Origin: Candidatus Krumholzibacteriia bacterium
GTDB taxonomy: Bacteria; Krumholzibacteriota; Krumholzibacteriia; G020349025
Assembly (NCBI GenBank): GCA_035649275.1
Contig: DASRJW010000049.1
Location: forward strand, 3,018 to 67,017
Reading direction: 5' to 3'
DNA length: 64,000 bases
In this document: piece after piece, positions 50,377-61,183 of the stretch
How positions within the stretch are numbered: position 1 is the stretch's first letter
Layout of the letters: each line of letters starts with the position of its first letter
Notes under the pieces: generated by a model
Told to the model about the DNA's origin: nothing
Databases searched by the model: none
The model's input: only the letters and a program-made list of their open reading frames with translations
Program-made: the position numbers and the translations under genes

Positions 50377-51195
50377 ATGCCTGCCGCCGCCCCTGCCATC
50401 AAGGATCTCCTGGAAGCCGGCGCGCACTTCGGGCACCAGACCCGGCGCTGGAACCCCAAGATGAAGCCGTTCATCTTCATCGAGCGGAACGGCATCCACA
50501 TCATCGATCTGCAGAAAACCGTGGCCTGTGCCGAGCGCGCCTACACGGCAGTGAAGGCCGCCTCGGAGCGCAGCGAGCCGGTGCTCTTCGTGGGCACGAA
50601 GAAGCAAGCGCGCAGCGTCGTCGAGGAAGCCGCCGCCCGCTGCGGCCAGCACTTCATCAGCGAGCGCTGGCTCGGCGGCATGCTCACCAACTTCCAAACC
50701 GTGCGCAAGGGCATTGCCCGCTACCTGGAGCTGCAGAAGTTGGCCACCGAAGGCGGCATGGAGCAGCTGAGCAAGAAGGAGCGCAGCCGGATGCAGAAGG
50801 AGCGGGCGCGGCTGGAGAAGGTGCTGCGTGGCATCTCCCGCCTGGATCGCTTGCCCGGGATGCTCTTCGTCGTCGACACCACGAAGGAAGAGATCGCGGT
50901 CAAGGAGGCCAACCGCCTCGGCATCCCCATCGTCGGCATCGTGGACACGAACGCCGATCCGGACCGCATCGACTACCCCATCCCGGGGAACGACGACGCC
51001 ATCCGTGCCATCGCGCTGTTCGCCGACTACATCGCCGCCGCGGTCCTGGAAGGGCGCGAGCGCTCCCTCGAGGGCCGCGAGGCCGGCCGCCTCGAGCCCG
51101 AAGCCGGCGATGGCAAGGTGCACGCAGCGGTCGGGGCGGACGAGGAAACCACCGCCGCCCGGTCGCGTTCTCCGCGCCTGGCCGAACGTTCCTGA
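50377..51195 (+). CDS. rpsB: 30S ribosomal protein S2
   Basis: ATG at 50377 gives MPAAAPAIKDLLEAGAHFGHQTRRWNPKMKPFIF. VLFVGTKKQA, ERWLGGMLTNF, VVDT.KE.IAV.EA..LGIP.VGIVDTN.DPD. Confidence 0.92.
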   Translation: MPAAAPAIKDLLEAGAHFGHQTRRWNPKMKPFIFIERNGIHIIDLQKTVACAERAYTAVKAASERSEPVLFVGTKKQARSVVEEAAARCGQHFISERWLGGMLTNFQTVRKGIARYLELQKLATEGGMEQLSKKERSRMQKERARLEKVLRGISRLDRLPGMLFVVDTTKEEIAVKEANRLGIPIVGIVDTNADPDRIDYPIPGNDDAIRAIALFADYIAAAVLEGRERSLEGREAGRLEPEAGDGKVHAAVGADEETTAARSRSPRLAERS

Positions 51196-51216
51196 ATCAC
51201 GGCACGGGAGGAGACC

Positions 51217-51819
51217 ATGGCCGACATCTCTGCAGGCGTCGTGCGCGAGCTCCGCGACAAGACCGGCGCCGGCATGATGGATTGCAAGAAAGCACTGGCC
51301 GAGAGCGACGGCGACCTGGAGAAGGCCGTGGACTATCTGCGGACCAAGGGCCTGGCCGGGGCGGCCAAGAAGGCCGGCCGAGCGACGCAGGAAGGGCTCA
51401 TCTTCGCCTACATCCACTCGGGCAGCAGGGTGGGCGTGATGGTGGAAGTGAATTGCGAATCCGATTTCGTCGCCCGCACCCCGGATTTCGTCGAGCTGTG
51501 CAAGGACCTGGCGATGCAGGTCGCCGCGACGAACCCGGTGTCGGTGCGCCGCGAGGAATTCGACCCGGAGCTCCTGGAGCGCGAGCTCGGCATCTTCCGC
51601 GGCCAAGCGGCGGAAAGCGGCAAGCCGGCGCCGATCGTGGAGAAGATGGTGCAGGGCCGGGTGGAGAAGCTCTACAAGGAGCGCGTGCTCCTCGAGCAGC
51701 CCTTCGTCAAGGACCCGGACCGCAGCGTCGAGGAGCGCGTCAAGGCAGCCATCGCCAAGCTGGGCGAGAACATCGTCGTGCGCCGATTCGTGCGTTACCA
51801 GCTCGGCGAAGAAGCGTGA
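51217..51819 (+). CDS. tsf: Elongation factor Ts (short ~200-aa form)
   Basis: VRELRDKTGAGMMDCKKALAESDGDLEKAVDYLR.KG. IHSGSRVGVMVEVNCESDFVAR. Confidence 0.9.
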   Translation: MADISAGVVRELRDKTGAGMMDCKKALAESDGDLEKAVDYLRTKGLAGAAKKAGRATQEGLIFAYIHSGSRVGVMVEVNCESDFVARTPDFVELCKDLAMQVAATNPVSVRREEFDPELLERELGIFRGQAAESGKPAPIVEKMVQGRVEKLYKERVLLEQPFVKDPDRSVEERVKAAIAKLGENIVVRRFVRYQLGEEA

Positions 51820-51862
51820 CCCCCGACCCGGCGGCGCCCGCTCGCGCTCGTCTGTTCAGGGT

Positions 51863-52579
51863 ATGAAGCTCAAGTATCGCCGCATCCTGCTCAAGATGAG
51901 CGGAGAAGTCCTGGCGGGCTCGCGCAGCGTCGGCCTGGATGGCGACCGCATCGAAGCCCTGGCGCAGGAACTGCGCGAGGTACATGGCCACGGCATCCAA
52001 CTCGGCTTGGTCCTCGGCGGCGGCAACATCTTCCGCGGCCAAACCGGCAGCACCCGCGGCATCGATCGGGTGACCGGCGACCACATGGGCATGCTGGCCA
52101 CGGTGATCAACTCGCTGGCGGTGCAGGACGCCCTCGCCCGGCTCGCCGTGCCGGCGCTGGTGATGACCGCGATCCGCATGACCCAGATCGCCGAGCCCTT
52201 CGCCGGGCGCACCGCCATCGAGCAGCTCGAGAGCGGCAACATCGTCATCATGGCGGGCGGCACCGGCAATCCCTTCTTCACCACCGACACGGCAGGCGTG
52301 CTGCGCGCCATGGAGATCGGCGCGGAGGTGCTCCTCAAGGGCACCAAGGTGGACGGCGTCTACGACTCCGATCCGGCCAAGAATCCCGGGGCGGTGCGCT
52401 ACCAGCGCCTGACCTACGACGAAGCCCTGGGACGCGACCTGCGCGTCATGGACTCGACGGCGTTCTCCTTGTCCCGAGACAACGATTTGCCCATCATCGT
52501 TTTCGACATCAACGCCCCCGGCGCCTTGTTACGCATCGTCGCGGGCGAAGAGGTCGGGACGATGGTCGGAAAGGGGTGA
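51863..52579 (+). CDS. pyrH: UMP kinase
   Basis: YRRILLKMSGE, GGGNIFRG, DHMGMLATVINSLA, AGGTGNPFFTTDTA, KGTKVDGVYD.DP. Confidence 0.92.
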   Translation: MKLKYRRILLKMSGEVLAGSRSVGLDGDRIEALAQELREVHGHGIQLGLVLGGGNIFRGQTGSTRGIDRVTGDHMGMLATVINSLAVQDALARLAVPALVMTAIRMTQIAEPFAGRTAIEQLESGNIVIMAGGTGNPFFTTDTAGVLRAMEIGAEVLLKGTKVDGVYDSDPAKNPGAVRYQRLTYDEALGRDLRVMDSTAFSLSRDNDLPIIVFDINAPGALLRIVAGEEVGTMVGKG

Positions 52580-52583
52580 AACG

Positions 52584-53144
52584 ATGTCCGCCGAGACGTT
52601 GTTGCACGAAGCCGAAGATCACATGAAGAAGTCGATCGAAGCGGCCCGCCGCGAGCTGGCGACGGTGCGCACGGGCAAGGCCTCGCCGGCGCTGCTGGAC
52701 ACGGTGCGCGTCGAGTATTACGGCTCCCAGGTGCCGCTCAAGCAGGTGGCGGGGGTCAACGCGCCGGAACCGCGTTTACTCACCGTGCAGCCCTACGATC
52801 GGAGCCTCATCGGCGAGATCGAGAAGGCCATCCGCGGCGCCGACCTGGGGCTGAATCCGGCCAACGACGGCAACGTCATCCGCGTCCCCATCCCGCAGCT
52901 GACGGAGGAGCGCCGCAAAGAGCTGGTCAAGGTGGTGCGCACCATGGTCGAGCACGGTCGCGTGGCGGTGCGCAACGTCCGGCACCACACCAACGAGAAA
53001 CTGGTACGGCTGGAAAAAGAGGGCGAGCTCACCGAGGACGAACACAAGCGGCACGCCAAGAAGGTGCAGGAAATGACCGACGGCACCATCCGCAAGCTCG
53101 ACGAGATGTTGAAGGCCAAGGAAGCGGAGGTCATGGAGGTCTGA
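52584..53144 (+). CDS. frr: Ribosome recycling factor
   Basis: L..VRTG.ASPALLD.V.VEYYG...PL.QVA.V...E.R.L.VQP.D, IRVP.P.LTEERRKELVK. Confidence 0.92.
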   Translation: MSAETLLHEAEDHMKKSIEAARRELATVRTGKASPALLDTVRVEYYGSQVPLKQVAGVNAPEPRLLTVQPYDRSLIGEIEKAIRGADLGLNPANDGNVIRVPIPQLTEERRKELVKVVRTMVEHGRVAVRNVRHHTNEKLVRLEKEGELTEDEHKRHAKKVQEMTDGTIRKLDEMLKAKEAEVMEV

Positions 53145-53161
53145 CGCACCGGGCCGTCGCC

Positions 53162-53189
53162 TTGACTTCTCCCCACCGGCGAGTAGTAT
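53162..53189 (+). promoter_or_regulatory. Sigma-70-type promoter of the nuo operon
   Basis: TTGACT (53162-53167), 16-nt spacer, TAGTAT (53184-53189), in the 120-nt frr-nuoA gap. Confidence 0.6.
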
Positions 53190-53202
53190 CAGTGCCATCG
53201 TA

Positions 53203-53224
53203 GTTTGAGAAATTTTTCTCAAAC
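53203..53224 (+). promoter_or_regulatory. AT-rich perfect palindrome (10-2-10), candidate repressor operator (Rex-like) between the nuo promoter and nuoA
   Basis: GTTTGAGAAA-TT-TTTCTCAAAC read directly. It starts 14 nt downstream of the -10 hexamer. Its 18-nt core TTGAGAA-ATTT-TTCTCAA differs from the Rex consensus TTGTGAA-N4-TTCACAA at one symmetric position per half-site. Confidence 0.55.
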
Positions 53225-53264
53225 TTTCGCAAGTGCCTGCAAGAGAACGAATTGCGAGGTCCAC

Positions 53265-53615
53265 GTGGGGTTCGCGCCGCTCGCGCTCCTGGTTCCCGTG
53301 GCCATCCTCGTCCCGCTCTTGATGCTCGGGGCACAGCGCCTCCTGGCGCCCAAGCGGCCCGACCCGACGAAGGCCTCGACCTACGAGTGCGGCTCGCCGC
53401 CCCTCGGCACCGCGCACCCGCGGCTGCCGATCAAGTTCTATCTCGTGGCCGTCCTCTTCCTGCTTTTCGACATCGAAGTCGTCTTCCTCTTCCCCTGGTC
53501 CGTGCTCGCCAGCAAGCTCGGCTGGATGGGTCTGGCGCAAGTCCTCGTCTTCCTGGGTGTCCTCGAGATCGGGCTCCTCTACGTCTGGCGCAAGGGAGCG
53601 CTGGAATGGGAGTGA
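53265..53615 (+). CDS. nuoA: NADH-quinone oxidoreductase subunit A
   Basis: GTG at 53265 after GAGG. YECG, F...FYLVAVLFLLFDIEVVFLFPW. 117 aa. Confidence 0.88.
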   Translation: MGFAPLALLVPVAILVPLLMLGAQRLLAPKRPDPTKASTYECGSPPLGTAHPRLPIKFYLVAVLFLLFDIEVVFLFPWSVLASKLGWMGLAQVLVFLGVLEIGLLYVWRKGALEWE

Positions 53616-54091
53616 GGCGCGGCCTGATCGCCAACCAGCCCTTCATCACCACCCGCATCGAGGCCGCCGTGGACTGGGCGCGGAAGAACTCGCTCTTCCC
53701 CCTGCCCTTCGGCACCGCCTGCTGCGCCATCGAGTTCATGGGCGTGGTGAGCTCGCAGTTCGATCTCTCCCGCTTCGGCGCCGAGGTGGTGCGCTTCTCG
53801 CCCCGCCAGGCCGACCTCATGGTGGTCGCCGGCACCGTGGTCTACAAGATGGCCCCGATCCTGCGCACCATCTACGCGCAGATGGCGGAACCGCGCTGGG
53901 TGATCTCCATGGGGGTGTGCGCCAGCTCCGGCGGCTTCTACGACGACTACTGCACCTTGCAGGGGATCGATCAGATCATCCCCGTGGACATCTACGTGCC
54001 GGGCTGCCCGCCGAGCCCGGACCTGCTGCTCGACGGCTTGCTCAAGCTGCAAAAGAAGATCGACGAGCGCCGGCTCCTCGAACAATCCTGA
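53606..54091 (+). CDS. nuoB: NADH-quinone oxidoreductase subunit B
   Basis: ATG at 53606. [40 protein letters not shown] (N2 cluster cysteines). Confidence 0.93.
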   Translation: MGVRRGLIANQPFITTRIEAAVDWARKNSLFPLPFGTACCAIEFMGVVSSQFDLSRFGAEVVRFSPRQADLMVVAGTVVYKMAPILRTIYAQMAEPRWVISMGVCASSGGFYDDYCTLQGIDQIIPVDIYVPGCPPSPDLLLDGLLKLQKKIDERRLLEQS

Positions 54092-54107
54092 AGAGGAGCA
54101 GCGCGCG

Positions 54108-55844
54108 ATGTCCCATCCGAACCCGGACCGCGTGCGCGGCCACCTCGGTCCTGATCTCCTGGCCGATTGCTCTTCCCACGGCGACCTGGTGTACGCGGTG
54201 CGGCGCTCCGGCAGCCGCCGGGTGCTGCAGGCGTTGCGCGACGATCCAGAGCTGCGCTTCGACATGCTGGTGGACCTCGCCGGCGCCGATCGGCTGCATC
54301 TCCAGCAGCGCTTCGAGCGCTTCGAGGTGGTCTACGAGCTGTACTCGCTCTGGAACGGCTGGCGCTTGCGGCTCAAGGTGCCCGTGCCCGAGGCGGATCC
54401 GCATCTCGACAGCGTACACGACCTGTGGAAGGCGGCCGACTGGGCGGAGCGCGAGGCCTTCGACATGTTCGGCCTGCACTTCGACGGGCACCCCAACCTG
54501 AAGCGCATCCTCTGCCACCACGAGTTCGTCGGCCACCCGCTGCGCAAGGACTACGACCGCAGTCGCGGGCAATGGTGCGCCACCACCGAGACCCTGGAGG
54601 ACGAGCTGGCGCTGCGCCACCAGAGCGAGCAGCGCCGCGCCCGCGCCGAAGGCCTGGCGGAGCCCAGCGCAACCCAGATCAGCGAGCGCATGCTGGTCAA
54701 CATCGGCCCCAGCCACCCGCTCTCCCACGGCACGCTCCGGGTCCTGGTGGAGCTGGAAGGGGAGACCATCAAGCACGCCATCCCGGAGATCGGCTACCTG
54801 CACCGGGGCTTCGAGAAGAGCGCCGAGAAGGGCGTGTGGAACAACGTCATCCCCTACGCCGACCGTCTCAACTACGTCTCGGCGCTGTCGAACAACGTGG
54901 CCTACGTCAAGGCGGTGGAGAAGCTGGCGGGGATCGAGGTCCCGGACCGCTGCAAGTTCATCCGCGTCATCATCAACGAGCTCTCCCGCATCATGGATCA
55001 CTGCGTCTGCAATGCCGCCAACATCGTGGACGTCGGCGCGCTCACCAATTTCTGGTACCTGTTCACGGTGCGGGAGAACATCTACAAGGTGGTGGAGAAG
55101 CTCACTGGCGCCCGGCTCACCAACAGCTACGCCCGCGTCGGCGGCCTGGCGCGGGACCTGTACCCGGGCTTCGCCGACGAGGTGCGGGCGGTGCTCAAGG
55201 AGAGCATGCCCTTTGTGCGGGACGTGCTCAAGCTGGTGCGGAACAACCGCATCTTCCAGGAGCGCACCGTGGGCATCTCAGGGATCAGCGCCGCCGAAGC
55301 GGTGAGCTACGGCTGGACCGGGCCGTGCCTGCGCGCCTGCGGCCTGCCGCTCGATGCCCGCAAGCGCGACCGCTACTACTTCTACGATCAGTTCGACTTC
55401 GACGTGCCGGTGGGAGAGAACGGCGACGCCTACGATCGCATCATGGTGCGCTTCGAGGAGATCTTCCAGAGCCAGCGCATCGTCGAGCAGGCCCTGGACA
55501 AGCTGCCCGAGGGCCCGGTGAACACGGCGCAGAATCGTTTCGTGCTGCCGCCGAAGCAAGAGGTCTACCGCGACATCGAGCCGCTCATGAACCACTTCAT
55601 GCTGGTCATGTTCGGCACTCCGGTGCCGCCGGGCGAGACCTACGACTCCTTCGAGGTGCCGAACGGCGAGCTCGGCTTCTACATCATCAGCGATGGCAGC
55701 GGCCGCCCCTACCGGGTGCGGGTGCGGCCGCCATGCTTCTACCTCTACCAGGCGTATCCGCAGATCATCGAGGGCAGCATGGTGGCCGACATGGCCGCCG
55801 CCCTCGGCGGTTTGAACGTCGTGGCCGGGGAACTGGACCGCTAG
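54108..55844 (+). CDS. nuoCD: NADH-quinone oxidoreductase fused subunits C and D
   Basis: 578 aa. N-terminal 30-kDa (NuoC) motifs [27 protein letters not shown] linker, then NuoD motifs [34 protein letters not shown], ...GELDR at the C-terminus. Confidence 0.92.
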   Translation: MSHPNPDRVRGHLGPDLLADCSSHGDLVYAVRRSGSRRVLQALRDDPELRFDMLVDLAGADRLHLQQRFERFEVVYELYSLWNGWRLRLKVPVPEADPHLDSVHDLWKAADWAEREAFDMFGLHFDGHPNLKRILCHHEFVGHPLRKDYDRSRGQWCATTETLEDELALRHQSEQRRARAEGLAEPSATQISERMLVNIGPSHPLSHGTLRVLVELEGETIKHAIPEIGYLHRGFEKSAEKGVWNNVIPYADRLNYVSALSNNVAYVKAVEKLAGIEVPDRCKFIRVIINELSRIMDHCVCNAANIVDVGALTNFWYLFTVRENIYKVVEKLTGARLTNSYARVGGLARDLYPGFADEVRAVLKESMPFVRDVLKLVRNNRIFQERTVGISGISAAEAVSYGWTGPCLRACGLPLDARKRDRYYFYDQFDFDVPVGENGDAYDRIMVRFEEIFQSQRIVEQALDKLPEGPVNTAQNRFVLPPKQEVYRDIEPLMNHFMLVMFGTPVPPGETYDSFEVPNGELGFYIISDGSGRPYRVRVRPPCFYLYQAYPQIIEGSMVADMAAALGGLNVVAGELDR

Positions 55845-55858
55845 GAGGCGAGGCGTCC

Positions 55859-56349
55859 ATGGCGGAAACGAGCGCTCTGGCTGCGGCGGTGCTCACCGAT
55901 GCCGCGGTGGCCGAGCTCGAGGAGCTGGCGCGCCGCTACCCGACGCGAGAGGCGCTGCTGCTGCCGGCGCTGTGGCTGGTGCAGCGCCAGCACGGCTGGA
56001 TCTCGGCGGAGGCCATGCAGTACGTCGCCCGCCTCCTCGGCGTCTCGCCGGTGCGCGTGTACGGCGTGGTCAGCTTCTACCACATGTTCCACGACCGGCC
56101 GCCGGGGAAGTACAACATCCAGGTGTGCCAGACGCTCTCCTGCTCGCTCCTCGGTGCCGAGGGGCTGCTGTCACACCTGCAGCGCCGGTTCGGGATCGGC
56201 CACGGCGAGAGCACCGAGGACGGGCGCTTCATGGTGCAGCGCGTCGAGTGTCTCGGCGCCTGCGAGCACGCCCCGGTGGCGCAGATCAACGACGACTTCG
56301 CCTTCGACCTGACGCCGGCGAAGCTGGATGCCCTGCTGGAGGAGCTGCC

Positions 56350-56353
<4 letters not shown>
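55859..56353 (+). CDS. nuoE: NADH-quinone oxidoreductase subunit E
   Basis: ATG at 55859. YPT.EALLLPALWLVQ...GWIS.EAM..VA..LGVSP..VYGVVSFY.MF. Cysteines CQTLSC...CLGAC (2Fe-2S). Confidence 0.9.
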
Positions 56354-57651
<1,298 letters not shown>

Positions 57652-57669
57652 CACGACGGCGAGGACGAG

Positions 57670-59334
57670 ATGCCCAAGATCCGCATCGACGACCGGGAAA
57701 TCGAGGTCGGCCCGCACGAGAACCTCATCGCCGCCGCGGGTCGCGCCGGCGTGCACATCCCGCATTTCTGCTGGCACCCGGCGCTCAGCGTCGCCGGCAA
57801 CTGCCGGCAGTGTCTGGTGGAGATCGAGGGCGTGCCCAAGCTGCAGATCGCCTGCAACACCCCGGTGAAGGACGGCATGTCGATCCGCACGCGCTCCGCC
57901 GTAGTGCAGGAGGCCCGCCGGGGGGTGCTCGAATTCCTGCTCCTCAACCACCCCATCGATTGCCCGATCTGCGATCAGGCCGGGGAGTGCCGGTTGCAGG
58001 AGTACTACATGTCCCACGGCCTCTACGACGCCCGCCGCAACGTCGACAAGGTGCACAAGGCCAAGGTCGTCGACCTGGGTCCGCACGTGCTCCTCGACGG
58101 CGAGCGTTGCGTGCTCTGCACCCGCTGCGTGCGCTTCTGCACCGAGGTGGCCGGCGTCGACGAGCTCTACGTCAAGGAACGGGGCAGCCACTCGGAGATC
58201 GCCACCTTCCCCGGGCAGCCGCTGCAGAATCCCTACTCGGGGAACGTCGTGGACCTCTGTCCGGTCGGGGCGCTGCTCAGCAAGGATTTCCGCTTCAAGA
58301 GCCGGGTCTGGTGGCTGAAGAAGGCCGACTCCCTCTGTCCGAGCTGCGCCCGGGGCTGCAACATCCGCATCGACCACCACTGGAACCAGGTGCAGCGCCT
58401 GGTGCCGCGCCACAACCCCGAGGTGAACTCGTACTGGATGTGCGACCGCGGCCGGGTCGAATTCCAGTGGGTGAACGAGAATCGCCTGCTGGACGCGGAA
58501 CACGCCGGCCGGAGCCTGGTGTTGGGCGACGCCATCGACCTCCTGGCGGAGCGCCTGCAGGCGGCCGCGCCGGCGGTGGCGGTGCTCTTGTCGCCGAAGC
58601 TGGCCAACGAGGACCTCCTGGTCCTGCACCATCTGTTCACCGCGGTGCTTCCCATCGCCCCCCTGGGCGCGGGTTCCCTCGAACCGCCGCAGCCGGAGGA
58701 CGCGCTCCTCCGCCGCGCCGATCCGCACCCCAACACGCGGGCCACCGAAGCCCTGGGTCTCGCCGCCGACGCGCGTCGCTTGTGCAGCGCCCCGGAGGCG
58801 AAAGTCCTCCTCCTGATCGGTGACGATCCCGTCGGCTGGGACGGGACTCTGGCGGCCGCCTTCGGCCGCTTCGATTTCGTCGCTGCCGCACTCACCAACC
58901 ACAACGCCACCGCGGCGGCGGTGCAGGCCGCCGGCGGCTTGCTGCTGCCGCTCGCCACCTGGGCCGAGTACGCCGGCAGCTTCACCAACTTCGAAGGACG
59001 AGTGCAGCGCTTCGAAGCCGCCCTCGCCCCCGCCGGCTCGGCGCGCACGGGTTTCGAGCTCGGCCTCGAGCTCGCTGCGGCGTTGCGGCGCGACTTCTGG
59101 CCCGCCGGCAAGCCGGTGGGCCCGGTGCAGCCGGCGATCTGGAAGCAGCTCCTGCCGGCGGGCAGTGCGCTGCCCCGTCTCGACTGGGAGGCGGTGCCGC
59201 CGCACGGCCTCGTCCCCACCTGGCGCAAGACGGCGCGTCCCCGTTCGGTCTGGAGCGACGAAGAAGCAGCGGACGCGCGCAGCTGGTACGCGGCGCCACC
59301 CGCACCGGCGGCGGAGGCGGAGACGCATGGATAA
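57670..59334 (+). CDS. nuoG: NADH-quinone oxidoreductase subunit G (short, 554-aa form)
   Basis: 2Fe-2S motif C..P.LS.AGNCRQCLVE, HPIDCPICDQAGEC, CVLCTRCVRFC, DLCPVGAL. Truncated molybdopterin-like C-terminal domain. Confidence 0.88.
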   Translation: MPKIRIDDREIEVGPHENLIAAAGRAGVHIPHFCWHPALSVAGNCRQCLVEIEGVPKLQIACNTPVKDGMSIRTRSAVVQEARRGVLEFLLLNHPIDCPICDQAGECRLQEYYMSHGLYDARRNVDKVHKAKVVDLGPHVLLDGERCVLCTRCVRFCTEVAGVDELYVKERGSHSEIATFPGQPLQNPYSGNVVDLCPVGALLSKDFRFKSRVWWLKKADSLCPSCARGCNIRIDHHWNQVQRLVPRHNPEVNSYWMCDRGRVEFQWVNENRLLDAEHAGRSLVLGDAIDLLAERLQAAAPAVAVLLSPKLANEDLLVLHHLFTAVLPIAPLGAGSLEPPQPEDALLRRADPHPNTRATEALGLAADARRLCSAPEAKVLLLIGDDPVGWDGTLAAAFGRFDFVAAALTNHNATAAAVQAAGGLLLPLATWAEYAGSFTNFEGRVQRFEAALAPAGSARTGFELGLELAAALRRDFWPAGKPVGPVQPAIWKQLLPAGSALPRLDWEAVPPHGLVPTWRKTARPRSVWSDEEAADARSWYAAPPAPAAEAETHG

Positions 59335-60625
59335 CTGGAACTCCCATCCCGCCATCATCGCCGGGCGCTTGCTGTTCGCCTGGATGCTGCCGCTCCTCTT
59401 CCTTCCCCTCATGATCTGGTTCGAACGCAAGGCGAGCGCCTTCATGCAGGACCGCACCGGTCCGAACCGGGCCGCCATCCTGGGCTTGCGTCTCGGCGGC
59501 GTCATCCACACCCTGGCGGACGTCCTCAAGCTGCTGTCCAAGGAAGACGTGGTGCCGACACGGGTGCACGGTCTCTACTGGCGTCTCGGACCCTTCGTCG
59601 CCATCGTCGTCGCCCAGCTGCTCTTCGTCATCGTGCCCTTCGCCGATGACCTCCGGCTGCCGGCGGAGGACATCACCTTGCAGGGGCTGCAGCTCGACAT
59701 CGGCCTGCTCTGGCCGCTGGCGATAGGGGCGCTCATGGTCTATTCCATCGTGCTGGCGGGTTGGGCCTCGAACAACAAGTTCGGCACCCTCGGGAGCTTG
59801 CGCGCCGCGGCGCAGATGGTGAGCTACGAGGTGGCCCTCGGCCTCTCCATCATGGGTGCCATCATGATCTACGGCAGCGTGGACATGAACACCATCGTGC
59901 GGGCGCAGGGCGAGTTGCTCTGGGGCTTCCTGCCGCGCTGGGGCATCGTGCTGCAGCCCCTCGGCTTCGTGCTCTTCCTGGTGGCCGCCTTCGCCGAGAC
60001 CAACCGTACCCCCTTCGACCTGCCCGAGCGCGACTCGGAGATCGTCGCCGGCTACCACACCGAGTACTCGGCGGTGCGTTTCGCTTTCTTCTTCATGGCC
60101 GAGTACATCCACATCGTCGTCGCCTCGGGGCTGGTGGTGACGCTCTTCCTCGGCGGCTGGCAGGTGCCCTGGCTCGGCACCGAGGCGCTGCGCCAGAACG
60201 CTCGAGCCGTGCTCGGGGTCATGCTCGGCGGACTGGTTCTGGCGGGAATCGTCATCGTGCCCGCGGCGCTGCGCTGGTCGAAGCGGCTGCGGCGGGAGTA
60301 CACCGACGCCCGCCGCCACGAAGGCAGCTTCTGGGCCACGATGTTCACCGGCGCTGCCCTCGCCGGCGCCGCCGGTCTCGCCCTGCTTCCTGGCCTCGCG
60401 CTTCCCGGCTGGGCTCCTGCGGTGGTGGCGGCGGTGGCGCAGCTCAGCGTCTTCCTCGCCAAGACGCTGCTCGTCGCCCTCACCTTCATCTGGGTGCGCT
60501 GGACGCTCCCCAGTTTCCGTTACGACCAACTCATGCGCCTGGGCTGGAAGCACCTGCTCCCCTGGGCGCTGGTGAACATCACGGTGACCGGCATCGTCCT
60601 CGTTCTCCTCGGCGGAGGCTCCTGA
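59327..60625 (+). CDS. nuoH: NADH-quinone oxidoreductase subunit H (long form with a C-terminal-proximal insertion)
   Basis: ATG at 59327 overlaps the nuoG end. ERKASAFMQDRTGPNR, WASNNKF...GSLRAAAQMVSYEV, AETNRTPFDLPE.DSE.VAGYHTEYS, RWTLPSFRYDQLM.LGWK.LLP. 433 aa. Confidence 0.9.
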   Translation: MDNWNSHPAIIAGRLLFAWMLPLLFLPLMIWFERKASAFMQDRTGPNRAAILGLRLGGVIHTLADVLKLLSKEDVVPTRVHGLYWRLGPFVAIVVAQLLFVIVPFADDLRLPAEDITLQGLQLDIGLLWPLAIGALMVYSIVLAGWASNNKFGTLGSLRAAAQMVSYEVALGLSIMGAIMIYGSVDMNTIVRAQGELLWGFLPRWGIVLQPLGFVLFLVAAFAETNRTPFDLPERDSEIVAGYHTEYSAVRFAFFFMAEYIHIVVASGLVVTLFLGGWQVPWLGTEALRQNARAVLGVMLGGLVLAGIVIVPAALRWSKRLRREYTDARRHEGSFWATMFTGAALAGAAGLALLPGLALPGWAPAVVAAVAQLSVFLAKTLLVALTFIWVRWTLPSFRYDQLMRLGWKHLLPWALVNITVTGIVLVLLGGGS

Positions 60626-61146
60626 TGGCCATCGATCCCGCTTTGCTGCAGCGGCTCGGCCTCAGGCCGACGGAAATCCTGGTGGTGCGTCCCACCATGG
60701 GCTTCTGGCAGCGGGTCTACCTCATCGAAGTCGTCCGCGGGCTCGGGGTCACGCTCCGGCACCTGCTGCGCAATCTGTTCCACCAACAGGACATGCCGAC
60801 GAGCAGCTTCCCGGAAGTGGTGCGGACGCTGCCGGAAGGCTTCCGCGGCCTGCACCGGCTGACGAAGAAGGAAGACGGGACGCCGCGCTGCGTCGCCTGC
60901 ATGATGTGCCCCACCGCCTGCCCGGCGGATTGCATCCACATCGAAGCGGCGGAGAGTCCCGATCCGAGCGTGGAGAAGATCCCGCTGCGCTTCGAGATCG
61001 ATCTCATGCGCTGCATCTTCTGCGGCTTCTGCGTCGAAGCTTGCCCCAAGGACGCGATCCGCATGGACACGGGGCGCTTCTTCGACCTGGCTGGGACGCA
61101 GCGCGAGGACTTCGTCCTCACCATGGAACGGCTGCTGCACGACTGA
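60625..61146 (+). CDS. nuoI: NADH-quinone oxidoreductase subunit I
   Basis: Two ferredoxin motifs CVACMMCPTACP and CIFCGFCVEACP. ATG at 60625 shares one base (position 60625) with the nuoH TGA stop. Confidence 0.92.
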   Translation: MAIDPALLQRLGLRPTEILVVRPTMGFWQRVYLIEVVRGLGVTLRHLLRNLFHQQDMPTSSFPEVVRTLPEGFRGLHRLTKKEDGTPRCVACMMCPTACPADCIHIEAAESPDPSVEKIPLRFEIDLMRCIFCGFCVEACPKDAIRMDTGRFFDLAGTQREDFVLTMERLLHD

Positions 61147-61183
61147 AGCCACCGGTCCGGCCGGGGGGCGTTCGAGGAGGAGC

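Noticed and set aside
53205-53264. Longer nuoA starting at the TTG at 53205 (ORF-track start)
   Set aside because: That start lies inside the AT-rich palindrome and adds a non-hydrophobic 20-aa extension. The GTG at 53265 follows a GAGG and yields a NuoA of typical length (117 aa).
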